Shown: positions 1-8,940 of the stretch, piece after piece | Layout: each line of letters begins with the position of its first letter | Numbering within the stretch: the first letter of the stretch is position 1 | Source: Candidatus Hadarchaeum yellowstonense | GTDB taxonomy: Archaea > Hadarchaeota > Hadarchaeia > Hadarchaeales > Hadarchaeaceae | Length of the DNA: 64,000 bases | NCBI GenBank assembly: GCA_001515205.2 | Contig: LQMQ01000007.1 | Span: 6,028-70,027 of the forward strand | Reading direction: 5' to 3' | The notes under the pieces: generated by a model | Seen by the model: only the letters and a program-made list of their open reading frames with translations | Told to the model about the DNA's origin: nothing | The model's database searches: none | Program-made: the position numbers and the translations under genes

Positions 1-1012
1 GGATCACCTTTCCCGGAGGCGGCAAACGGGGATCATCTTCAGGGAGAACAGGGATCTGTATGGTGGCGGGGCGGTGGCTTCCCATGAACTCAGTAAAGAT
101 CAAAAAAGCGACCACCAGGCCCACGGCGATGGTGGCGAAAAATTTCAGGTCAACGAAATTGAAACCAATAACCCCAAAAATAGGGGAAAGACCCACGACG
201 CTGATGATGGCCAGAGAGCTGAAGGTGAGAAAGGCCAACGTGGGCATGACGAGGCTGTTCAACCGGTTGGTGAGCTGTTCCTCGGCACCCTCCAAGACCC
301 GCTCCGGTGCCCTGGCAACATCAGCCAGTCTTACCGACTCCTCCTTCGCCCCCGTGGACCTGAGGAGGTCAAAAATGGCCTGCCGGGTGCTGTCGTCTAT
401 TTCTCCCCACTCATTTGCCACCACTGTCAGAAGGTGCCGCACCGTTTCGTAGCGCCTGCGCTCATCAAGCTCCAGCAGTCCCCTCTGGAGATCCTCGGCC
501 AGTTTACCCTGGCTCATATCAGCCGCCTGCACGGTGGCGCCGCGGATATCTGGGCGGTGGTAGAGGGAGAAACTGAGCAACATTATGGTCTCTATCGCCT
601 TGCTCTGAGCGTCGGCTCTGCGCCTGGAAGCAGCTGAAGCCGGGTAGCTCTGAAAGGCCATCATAAAAATACCACCGATTAAAAATCCGGCTATCGGCAG
701 ATACAGGGTGCCGAGCGGGTCGCCGGTGGAGAGAAAGGACCAGAACCAAACCAGGACTGATGCCAAAACCGGCAGGACTAGGGAAAAAATCAGACCGGCA
801 GCCCAATCCTTGGCTTCAATTTTTATCTTGGCCTCCTTCAAATCTCGGAGGGTCTTTTCACTTAACTTTGAATTTTTCGTGAGAGGACCAAGAATCCTTC
901 CCGAAAAGGCACAGAACTTCTCGTAAAATCCTCTCTCCCGTGGTTTAAGAATTCTCTGCAGGGCCTCGCGGACATCGCTTGGAAGGGGAAATCTCTCGGG
1001 GAGAGGTGTCAA
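1..1012 (-). CDS. Type IV pilus/T2SS membrane platform protein (TadC/GspF-like), 3' end truncated by window edge
   Basis: Not in the ORF track. Translated by hand from TTG at 1012, overlapping the ATPase stop (MTPLPERFPLPSDVREALQRIL...), and open to position 1. Paired hydrophobic segments flank a helical cytoplasmic domain. Lies directly downstream of a secretion ATPase. Confidence 0.65.
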   Translation of the reverse strand, partial: MTPLPERFPLPSDVREALQRILKPRERGFYEKFCAFSGRILGPLTKNSKLSEKTLRDLKEAKIKIEAKDWAAGLIFSLVLPVLASVLVWFWSFLSTGDPLGTLYLPIAGFLIGGIFMMAFQSYPASAASRRRADAQSKAIETIMLLSFSLYHRPDIRGATVQAADMSQGKLAEDLQRGLLELDERRRYETVRHLLTVVANEWGEIDDSTRQAIFDLLRSTGAKEESVRLADVARAPERVLEGAEEQLTNRLNSLVMPTLAFLTFSSLAIISVVGLSPIFGVIGFNFVDLKFFATIAVGLVVAFLIFTEFMGSHRPATIQIPVLPEDDPRLPPPGKVI

Positions 1013-3240
1013 GTTTTTCTCAGCCAAGACAGCCACTCCTCCAGAACCTTTGAGTAATTCGGAGCGTTCTGTTTCAGCAGGTAGAAATAGGCGTTGTAGG
1101 CCCGGCTCACGAAGGGCAGCTCCAGATAGCTGGGGTCTCCCGATTTACTCGCCAAAAGCAAAAGTTCCGACTTCATCTTTGCTTCAGTTAAAATTGCTGC
1201 CAGAAAGTCTTCCTCGTCGATCGCCAGCCGCTTGCAAAGCGCAGGTATCAACTGGCTACCGCCCCTTTCCGGAGGCAAGAACGTTACCCTCTTCACCACC
1301 TCCTTCATGTCCAGCTTGGAGAGGTCCCTGGAATCCAACCGCTTTATCAGCTCCCTCGGTCCGCTCAGAAGCTTTGATGACACCAGCCTGTCCTGCCTGC
1401 GATCATCAACAAACATCTCGGAATATCTGGGCTCATCCTTCCATTCCTTGAGCACCTCTGATATCTCAACTATTCTTCTGATCGTTCCTCTTGGAGTGGA
1501 GAACCTCGCCGTGCTGATGATAAAATCAATGTATTTGAAGGTGGCCTGGTGGAGGCCCATGATGTGCACGATGAGGTCGAACATCTCCGTTTTGCTCCGG
1601 GCGTGAAAGCTCGCCACCACCGGCTGCGACCCCTGCCTTGCCGCAGCGCCAAGTGCCGCCCTCACTGCTTCAGCCGCTCGAACTTCGGTGATCAACCAGT
1701 AGCTGGAACCTCCCCTGAGAAAGGCCGTCACCTGCTTCTCGAGCTGCTCGGGATCCGAGACCCGCACGTTGGCCAGCTTGTAGCCGTGAGAGACGAAATC
1801 CTCAATGTGCAGCTCCTCAGTGTCCTGAAAGGCCACTATCCGGTTATGCGGGCCGATCTCGGGAATATAGGTCTCGACCTGAGATGTCTTCGCTGTACCC
1901 ATCTCCCCTATGACAAAGGCGCTCGACCCGATGCGAAGAACATTTCCCAGAAAGGAACTCGCCAGGGGTGTCAGGGTGCCGCGATCTAAAAAGAGCGGCT
2001 GCGTCCATGGCTTGGAACGGCGCTTGCGAACAGCGATATCGACGCTGCGGGTCCAGATGGCAGGGTAACGGCTCAAGAAGAGACGCATTCCCAGCTCAGG
2101 TATCTCCGCGTCCAGCTGGGGTCTAATTTCATCGAAGGAAGTCCCCAACCTTGAGGCCAGCGTCTCACCCAGGCCAAGCAGCGCCGGAGTTGTCCAGTAG
2201 ATCCCCGTTTCCAGCCTTCCCCAGCGCTCGTGTTCCACATATATGGGCTGAATCTCCGGTGGGGCGGCCACAAAAATGTCGGTTATGTAGTCGTCGTGGC
2301 TGAAGGGCTCCAGCAGGCGGTAGGTCAACCAGCTGGCCATCATTTCAGCCAATCTGCGAATGCTGGAGGCGGGGGTTGACTTTTTCTTCTCGCGTAGCAT
2401 GTGGAGCAGTGCATTGTACCACTCCTCAGCAAAGGAGTATGCCCGCGTCGAATAGGCAAATCTGGCGTGCCCGGGCGCCTCTTCGATCTTGACCCGGAAG
2501 GCGGAGTCCAGCAGCTCGAGCTGGTCAGCGGGAAGATTGAACTCCGGCAGGATCAGCTCGTAGAAGGGGACGGGATTGTTGCGCTGCTCATAAATGTTCA
2601 CCTTACCGCGACCTCCGGATAGATCATAGCTGTCAATCAAGCGGGCGTCCTTGGGGGGCGGGTTCCACAACCCCTCAACGAAAAATGGTTTGGACCTAGC
2701 AGCAAAAATTTCATCGTAATTTTTAGAGGACAGTTGTTTAAAGAGGGGGAATTTTTTCAAGGTCGCCTTTATAGCGTCAACTAGCTTGAAGAAATTTTCC
2801 TCGCTGCATTTTTTGCACTCAGGACTGCTTTTTATCCTGGCAAAAACCAAGCTGCTGTCGATGGGGCTGAGGTCATGGGGATTGGCCATGATCTTATCCA
2901 GCGCCTCAAGCACAGCGCTCATACGGGCATCGACGCATTTTCGGCATTTTCCCTCTCCCTCTTTTTCGCCGTAAAGAGAACGATCCAAAGCGAGCTGCTC
3001 GGCCATCGCGATTGTCCTCGCCAGTCTGGAAAGATCGCGCGAGCGATAGGTCCTCACCACGGGGTTTAAGAGAGTGACTTGATCCACCTCGCTCTCGGTG
3101 CGCAGCCGGCTGATCACGCAGTAACGGCACCGGGGCTCGTTAAGCGTTGAGGGGAAGTTGCACCCGTGGCAATCGAATTCAGCCACCTTCAGCGGGCCAG
3201 AATCCTTAATCTCAAGTGTTGGGCATTCCATACCGACCAT
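1009..3240 (-). CDS. Type II/IV secretion (pilus-type, VirB11/TadA/FlaI family) ATPase with Cys-rich N-terminus and degenerate motifs
   Basis: Walker A-like GEMGTAKTS, Asp box FQDTEEL, Walker B-like WLITEVR, SFHA, IRRIVEISEV. Four CxxC pairs in the N-terminal region. Confidence 0.8.
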   Translation of the reverse strand: MVGMECPTLEIKDSGPLKVAEFDCHGCNFPSTLNEPRCRYCVISRLRTESEVDQVTLLNPVVRTYRSRDLSRLARTIAMAEQLALDRSLYGEKEGEGKCRKCVDARMSAVLEALDKIMANPHDLSPIDSSLVFARIKSSPECKKCSEENFFKLVDAIKATLKKFPLFKQLSSKNYDEIFAARSKPFFVEGLWNPPPKDARLIDSYDLSGGRGKVNIYEQRNNPVPFYELILPEFNLPADQLELLDSAFRVKIEEAPGHARFAYSTRAYSFAEEWYNALLHMLREKKKSTPASSIRRLAEMMASWLTYRLLEPFSHDDYITDIFVAAPPEIQPIYVEHERWGRLETGIYWTTPALLGLGETLASRLGTSFDEIRPQLDAEIPELGMRLFLSRYPAIWTRSVDIAVRKRRSKPWTQPLFLDRGTLTPLASSFLGNVLRIGSSAFVIGEMGTAKTSQVETYIPEIGPHNRIVAFQDTEELHIEDFVSHGYKLANVRVSDPEQLEKQVTAFLRGGSSYWLITEVRAAEAVRAALGAAARQGSQPVVASFHARSKTEMFDLIVHIMGLHQATFKYIDFIISTARFSTPRGTIRRIVEISEVLKEWKDEPRYSEMFVDDRRQDRLVSSKLLSGPRELIKRLDSRDLSKLDMKEVVKRVTFLPPERGGSQLIPALCKRLAIDEEDFLAAILTEAKMKSELLLLASKSGDPSYLELPFVSRAYNAYFYLLKQNAPNYSKVLEEWLSWLRKT

Positions 3241-3379
3241 AATAATCTTTGGGCCTTAAAATAAAGCTACAGTTGAAAGGGAGCAGGCCGATCTCTGGCT
3301 TTTGACCTCCAAAAAAGAACAGCGGAGCAATCAAACACTAAACCCTTTTTCTGAAGAAATAAATTGTCTTTTGAATCAA

Positions 3380-4228
3380 ATGCCTAACGACCTGCGCACC
3401 AGGCTAAAGGGCTACCTCTCTGACGAGGAACTGAAGCTAATCCGGGCCTTCGACATCGTGGGGGACATCGCCATCGTAAAACTCCCGCCACGGCTCCTGC
3501 CCAAAAAACACCTGATTGGAAAAGCATTGCTGGAGGTACAAAAAAATGTCCGGACGGTGCTTAATCAGATCTCCCCCGTGAAAGGTGACTTTCGCACGCG
3601 GGAGCTGGAGGTGATCGCGGGGGAAGAAAGGACGGAGACCATCCATCGCGAATCCGGTTGCTCCTTCAAGGTCGACTTGAGAAAAGTCTATTTTTCCCCC
3701 CGCTTGGCGGCGGAAAGGCTGCGGGTGGCAAAACAGGTGGAGCCCGGCGAGGTGGTGGTGAACCTGTTTGCAGGAGTTGGCAGCTACTCCATCATCATCG
3801 CCAGACACAGCCAGGCGGCGGTCATCTACTCCATTGACATTAACCCCGCCGCCTTTGAGTACATGCAGACCAACATACGCATCAACAAGGTTGCAGACCG
3901 CGTGGTCCCCATCCTCGGTGATGCCCGGGAGGTCGTGGAAAAAAGACTTGCGGGAAAAGCCGACCGCGTCCTCATGCCCCTCCCCGAACTTTCTCATGAT
4001 TTTTTCGGCGTTGCCCTCAGCGCTCTAAAGCCCACTGGGGGAATAGTGCATTTCTATGACTACGGGGAGGAGCCGGACATCTACGGGCCCTCGCTTGACT
4101 TCGTGAGATCTAATGCCGCGGCGCAGGGGTTGGAGATAAAGCTGCTAGCGGCAAGAAAAATCCGTTCGTACGCGGTGCGATGTTACCACATTGTTCTGGA
4201 CTTAAAAGTAAGCCGGCCTGAAATTTGA
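3380..4228 (+). CDS. Trm5/Met-10-like SAM-dependent tRNA methyltransferase (no D1 domain; possibly Taw21-like, wyosine pathway)
   Basis: FDIVGDIAI, VYFSPRLAAER, motif I NLFAGVG, DINP, DRVLMPLP. ATG at 3380 preferred over TTG at 3302. Confidence 0.8.
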   Translation: MPNDLRTRLKGYLSDEELKLIRAFDIVGDIAIVKLPPRLLPKKHLIGKALLEVQKNVRTVLNQISPVKGDFRTRELEVIAGEERTETIHRESGCSFKVDLRKVYFSPRLAAERLRVAKQVEPGEVVVNLFAGVGSYSIIIARHSQAAVIYSIDINPAAFEYMQTNIRINKVADRVVPILGDAREVVEKRLAGKADRVLMPLPELSHDFFGVALSALKPTGGIVHFYDYGEEPDIYGPSLDFVRSNAAAQGLEIKLLAARKIRSYAVRCYHIVLDLKVSRPEI

Positions 4229-4447
4229 TCATTTTTGCTGCCTTTTGCGGATCCTTCCCGAAGCCAGCCCTCTCAACCAGCGCTTTCTCAGCTTCTCCGC
4301 CAGCTCCCCGTCCTCAACAACAAGCGGGCCACGATACCCACATTCCTCGCAATCATAAACGGACCAGAGCTGGGGCAGCCCCGAGGCCCATCTCAGCCTG
4401 GCCGAGCCGCACCGAGGACAATATCTTTGACTTTCCTGTGATCTCAC
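4229..4447 (-). CDS. Small zinc-ribbon protein
   Basis: YCPRCGS...YDCEECGYRG; packed directly behind the phosphoesterase gene on the same strand. Confidence 0.7.
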   Translation of the reverse strand: MRSQESQRYCPRCGSARLRWASGLPQLWSVYDCEECGYRGPLVVEDGELAEKLRKRWLRGLASGRIRKRQQK

Positions 4448-4456
4448 TTTTTTACC

Positions 4457-5110
4457 TCAAATCTCCAGCAGGCGGAAGTTGACCCTCGACGCTTCGATTT
4501 CAACCTCAGCCGCATATCCTTTGATCATCGGGCCGGGATTCACGACGAGTGTGCGACCCAGCTGATCCACGCCGCGACCTTCGTGGACATGGGCGCAGAG
4601 AACGAGCAGGGGCTCCTTCTGCTCGATGAACTGGCGAATGCTTTTGCTACCCACGTGGGTTCCCTCCCTGATGCGGTCGACCTTGGTACCGTGGGGCGGG
4701 GCATGGGTCACCAAGATCAGCTTTCCTTCTGTGGTGCAAGAGGCTGCCGCCAGCTCCTCCTGTATTTCCGTCTCGGTAAGCTCAAAGGGGGTATTGAAGG
4801 GGGTAAGGTTGGAGCCGCCCAAGCCCAGAAAGGTAAACTCACCGAACTTTGCACACTTGCCGTGAAGGTTGACGCCCCTTCTGTCCAGAACTTGAAGAAT
4901 CGACTTGGGGTCGCAGTTGCCAGGCACACAAAAACAGGGAATCCCGGCCTCCTTAGCCAGGTCCAGCAGGCTCTCCGCTACCTCGGGTGGGCCGAAATTG
5001 GTCAGGTCCCCGATTAAGACCAGGCAGTCGTAGCCCCGTTGAAGCAGTTTTGCGAGGTTATTTTCAGCCCCGGAGTTGCCGTGAAAGTCCGCTGCTGCCA
5101 GTAACTTCAC
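4457..5110 (-). CDS. Calcineurin-like metallophosphoesterase (Icc family)
   Basis: DFHG, GDLT, GNCD, THAPP and HVHE motifs. GTG start at 5110 follows GGTG. Confidence 0.9.
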   Translation of the reverse strand: MKLLAAADFHGNSGAENNLAKLLQRGYDCLVLIGDLTNFGPPEVAESLLDLAKEAGIPCFCVPGNCDPKSILQVLDRRGVNLHGKCAKFGEFTFLGLGGSNLTPFNTPFELTETEIQEELAAASCTTEGKLILVTHAPPHGTKVDRIREGTHVGSKSIRQFIEQKEPLLVLCAHVHEGRGVDQLGRTLVVNPGPMIKGYAAEVEIEASRVNFRLLEI

Positions 5111-5241
5111 ATAAACACCTAAAGTAAGAAAAGGGCTGCCAAGTATTAAAATCGTTTGCTGAGCCCCGCCAGCGTCGTCCACCTGCTCTCAGCTGCCCGA
5201 AAAAACTTATATTGTCCGATGACGAATAATTTTGATTTCCG

Positions 5242-5973
5242 GTGATAATCTTGGCGTCCCAAAAACAGAAAATATTGGAAATTTTAAATTTGGCCAAATC
5301 TGAAAACAGACGGGAACTCTCTGAAATCGAATCAAAGCGCCTGCTGGAGGCTTGGGGCATTCCGGTCAACCGCACCGCTCTGGCGAGAGATGTTGAGGAA
5401 GCGGTTAAGATCGCCCGGGAAATTCACTACCCCCTGGTGATAAAGATAGCCTCCCCCGACATCATCCACAAGAGTGATGCAAAGGGAGTCATGGTGGGAA
5501 TAAGCTCGGAGCTGGAGCTGAGGCAGGCTTTCAAAGAAATCATCAAGAACGCCCAAACTTACAAGCCCGACGCCAGAATACTGGGCGTGACAATACAGGA
5601 ATATCTGCCGCCGGCCCGTGAGGTAATCGTGGGGGCGGTGCAGGACCCATCCTTTGGCGCCACCGTCATGTTCGGCCTGGGCGGCATCTGGGTGGAGGTG
5701 CTCAAAGACATAAGCTTCAGGCTTGCCCCCCTTACCATTGAGGAAGCCATGGAGATGATCAAGGAGATCAAGGGCTATCCCGTCCTCGCCGGATTAAGGG
5801 GCACACCGCCAGCGGATATAGAGGCGGTTGCCAGCCTGATCCAGAAAGTTGGACAGCTCGCCCATGAGTTTCCGGAAATAGCGGAAATGGACCTTAACCC
5901 TGTCTTCGTCTACAACTCTGGAAAAGGAGCGGTTGCTGTTGACGCCCGGATAGTTCTTGGAGAGGGCAAGTGA
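5242..5973 (+). CDS. NDP-forming acyl-CoA synthetase (ACD) beta subunit, ATP-grasp
   Basis: YPLVIKIASPDIIHKSDAKGV, FGATVMFGLGGIWVE, EMDLNP, AVDARI. Confidence 0.9.
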   Translation: MIILASQKQKILEILNLAKSENRRELSEIESKRLLEAWGIPVNRTALARDVEEAVKIAREIHYPLVIKIASPDIIHKSDAKGVMVGISSELELRQAFKEIIKNAQTYKPDARILGVTIQEYLPPAREVIVGAVQDPSFGATVMFGLGGIWVEVLKDISFRLAPLTIEEAMEMIKEIKGYPVLAGLRGTPPADIEAVASLIQKVGQLAHEFPEIAEMDLNPVFVYNSGKGAVAVDARIVLGEGK

Positions 5974-7280
5974 TGTCAGACGCACTTCAGACCCTCTTCG
6001 AACCCAAATCCATCTCCTTAGTTGGTGCCTCGGAACTCACCGGGGAAGATGCAATCTATTCAACCCATTTTCATTACTTGGTGCAAAACGTTTCCAGCTA
6101 CAGAAAGGGAAAAATCCACCTGGTCGACCTCAGCGGAAAACTTGAGGGAAGCTTCAAAAGCATAAATAACCTCAGGACCGGGTTGGATCTGGCCCTGGTT
6201 TTGCTGCCTGAAAAATTGCTGACCAGAAACCTGCAGAAACTGCTTTCCCGACAACCAAGAGCCATGGTGATAATGGAAAGCGAGCTGCGCGAGGCCGAGG
6301 AGTTGATCAAAGCGGCAAAGAGAAAAAAGATGACAATTATCGGCCCCGGCTCCATTGGGATCGTCAACACCCAAAATGGTTTATCTGCCATCTCGGAAAA
6401 GGCATCGATCTTAAGAGGACATGTGGCCATTGTTTCCCAGGACAGCTGCATTGCCAGAAGCGTTCTAAATTTTGCGGCGGTGACCGGAATCAGCAAGCTG
6501 ATCAACATCGGCGATAGCCTCGGCACCGACGAATCGGAGGTTCTGAGCTATCTTTCCCAGGATAAAGAGACCAAAGTCATCTGCATCTACCTAAAGAGAA
6601 TCAGAAATGGTCGGAAGTTCGTTGAAACAATGGCGGCAACCGTTGCAAAGAAACCGGTGATCGTTCTCAGCAGTTATCCCGACAACAGGGGCATATTCGA
6701 GGCGGCGGTGAAACAGTCGGGGGGAATTCTGGTTCAAGACCTCCAGGAGATGCTAAATGGCGCCACAGCGCTGGCGAAGCAACCGCCCCTCCCCGGTGAA
6801 AGAGTTGCGATCATCGCCAACGTCTCCGGACCGGCGGAACTTTTAGAAAAATATCTTTCCAAGATGGGGATGGCTCCGGCCCAGCCGTCCATGGAAACTC
6901 TGGGAAAAATAAAGGAAAAACACCCTGGGGCTGAACTCTTTGGTTTTGTCCATCTCGGAAGGTCGGCCAAGGGAGACATCTGGAAACAAGCTGCTGAATT
7001 GCTGCTCTCGGATAAAGAAGTTGATGGATTAATTGCGGTGAACTCAATGGGATTCACCCTCTTTAACTTGGAGGATCTCAGGAAGATCACAGAGATCGCC
7101 AAAAAAACGAGGGAAAAGCCGGTTTTGGCGGTCACTCTTTGCGCCAGCGATGGTGCTGCCTTCCGAGAAATTGCGGCAAGATCCGAGTTGCCCATTTACA
7201 CCGATCTTGAAGACGCTGCGAAAGCGATGAATGTCCTAAGGTCTAGGGGCAAACAGATCAGAAAATTCCTGAAGGATTGA
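5970..7280 (+). CDS. ACD alpha subunit-like CoA-binding protein, degenerate (phospho-His loop missing)
   Basis: LFEPKSISLVGAS N-terminus, IIGPGSIG, VSQDS, DKETKVICIY, KKPVIVL. No SHTG motif. Coupled to the beta gene. Confidence 0.8.
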   Translation: MMSDALQTLFEPKSISLVGASELTGEDAIYSTHFHYLVQNVSSYRKGKIHLVDLSGKLEGSFKSINNLRTGLDLALVLLPEKLLTRNLQKLLSRQPRAMVIMESELREAEELIKAAKRKKMTIIGPGSIGIVNTQNGLSAISEKASILRGHVAIVSQDSCIARSVLNFAAVTGISKLINIGDSLGTDESEVLSYLSQDKETKVICIYLKRIRNGRKFVETMAATVAKKPVIVLSSYPDNRGIFEAAVKQSGGILVQDLQEMLNGATALAKQPPLPGERVAIIANVSGPAELLEKYLSKMGMAPAQPSMETLGKIKEKHPGAELFGFVHLGRSAKGDIWKQAAELLLSDKEVDGLIAVNSMGFTLFNLEDLRKITEIAKKTREKPVLAVTLCASDGAAFREIAARSELPIYTDLEDAAKAMNVLRSRGKQIRKFLKD

Positions 7281-7282
7281 AC

Positions 7283-8620
7283 TTATCTCGGTAGGAACTG
7301 GCCGAAGCCCGGAGCCACGGTTATTTTTCCCCCTTCAGCAATCACTTTTCCTCTCAGTAGGGTCATCACGGGCAAACCCCTGACCCTCATGCCCTCATAG
7401 GGCGTCCAGCCCACCTTATAGTGCAGACGATCGGCTGATATCTTCATCTCCTCGTTAAGATCCAGAATCGTCAGATCTGCATCAGAACCCTCCTGAATGA
7501 CTCCCTTGCGAGGGTAAAGTCCGAACAGCACCGCAGGCTTGGTGCACATGGAATTGACCAGCTGCTCAAGCGATAACCTGCCCTTGACAACTCCCTCGCT
7601 GAGCATTATGGGCAAGAAAGTTTCCACCCCGGGAACCCCTGAAGGCGCCTGCCAAATATCAGTCCATCCTATCTCTTTCTCCTCCTTGGTGGCGGGGGCG
7701 TGGTCCGTCGAAACGATATCGATCGCTCCATTTTTGAGGGCCTCCCAAAGAGCGGCGCGATCACTGGGTGACTTGAGCGAGGGATTCACCTTTAGATAGG
7801 GGCCGAGCCTCTCAATGTCCTCGCGGGTGAAGACCAAAAAATGGGGGCAGGTCTCAGCGCTTACATGGCTCCCCTTTTCCTTTGCCTTCTCCACAGCCTC
7901 GCAGCCTTGGCGCGTGGTAACGTGGGCTATGTGTGTTCGACATTCCGTCCTCGCTGCGGATTTCAGCACCTTTTTTATTGCCTCTTCCTCCGCCTCGTTG
8001 CTGCGTGATTCCGCGTGGGCCATCGGATCCTTCCTCCTTTTTAGAGCCTTGATGCCCTTGCTGAGAACCTTCTGATCCTCGGCATGCACAAAGGTGACCC
8101 CGCCAATGGCTTTCACATAGCACATCAGCTCTTCAATTGCATCGTAGGACATCTGATAGGGATCACAGGTAAAAGCCTTGAATGATTTTATGCCGAAGCA
8201 GTTGATCTCCGGAACTTTTTTTATCGTCTCAGCGCTCATGTTTCCGGCGTGTAAGGCGAAGTCAACGATGCTGTTTTTGCAGCCAAGGTCAATAACTTCT
8301 TCGATGCAGGGCCCGGACACGATAGGGGTGTCCCAAGGCATGACGATGACAGTAGTCACACCTCCTGCAGCGGCTGCGGAGCTGCCGCTGGCGAAGTCCT
8401 CGCGGTTAGGAAACTTTCGATCATATAAATGAACGTGGACATCAACCACCCCCGGGATTATTATCCTGCCCTTGGCATCTATTTCTTGGTCTCCCTTGGG
8501 AAGGCCGCTAACGGCGATTCTGCAGATGCGACCGTCCTCTATGGAAATCTCCCCGGTTATCATGCCCTCGGGAAGGACTATTCTTCCGTTACGCACGACA
8601 AGGTCGACCAAAAAAATCAC
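7283..8620 (-). CDS. Cyclic amidohydrolase (dihydroorotase/allantoinase/hydantoinase family)
   Basis: PGVVDVHVH, AAAGGVTT, SFKAF (carbamylated Lys), HAED, HVTT, ETCPH, STDHAP, GVPGVET. Confidence 0.9.
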   Translation of the reverse strand: MIFLVDLVVRNGRIVLPEGMITGEISIEDGRICRIAVSGLPKGDQEIDAKGRIIIPGVVDVHVHLYDRKFPNREDFASGSSAAAAGGVTTVIVMPWDTPIVSGPCIEEVIDLGCKNSIVDFALHAGNMSAETIKKVPEINCFGIKSFKAFTCDPYQMSYDAIEELMCYVKAIGGVTFVHAEDQKVLSKGIKALKRRKDPMAHAESRSNEAEEEAIKKVLKSAARTECRTHIAHVTTRQGCEAVEKAKEKGSHVSAETCPHFLVFTREDIERLGPYLKVNPSLKSPSDRAALWEALKNGAIDIVSTDHAPATKEEKEIGWTDIWQAPSGVPGVETFLPIMLSEGVVKGRLSLEQLVNSMCTKPAVLFGLYPRKGVIQEGSDADLTILDLNEEMKISADRLHYKVGWTPYEGMRVRGLPVMTLLRGKVIAEGGKITVAPGFGQFLPR

Positions 8621-8632
8621 CGGATAACCAAT

Positions 8633-8845
8633 TCATTTGGATATGGCTGAAACTGCCGCCTTTATATCTTCTTTGCTCAAGGTTTTGGCTCCTCGATGCT
8701 CGGTGAGTTTAAGGGCCTCTGTGGCCACCCTCACGGCATAATCTTCAAGCACGATGCTCAACTCTAGAGCGGCATCCCGGGAGACGCGAACCTTGGCAGC
8801 CTTCTTTATCAGCCTGGCCATGGTGGCTATCAAAAATTCCGTCAT
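8633..8845 (-). CDS. Archaeal histone (HMf family), variant
   Basis: 70 aa from ATG at 8845: MTEFLIATMARLIKKAAKVRVSRDAALEL...EHRGAKTLSKEDIKAA, with RVS and KT..EDI histone-fold signatures. Confidence 0.85.
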   Translation of the reverse strand: MTEFLIATMARLIKKAAKVRVSRDAALELSIVLEDYAVRVATEALKLTEHRGAKTLSKEDIKAAVSAISK

Positions 8846-8940
8846 TTTCCTCTTATCTTCATAAAAACATCCCGGTATTTTAGCCTGTTGCCGCCTCACT
8901 AAGTTTTAAACCCACCATAACGATTTCACTTAGGGGTTGA

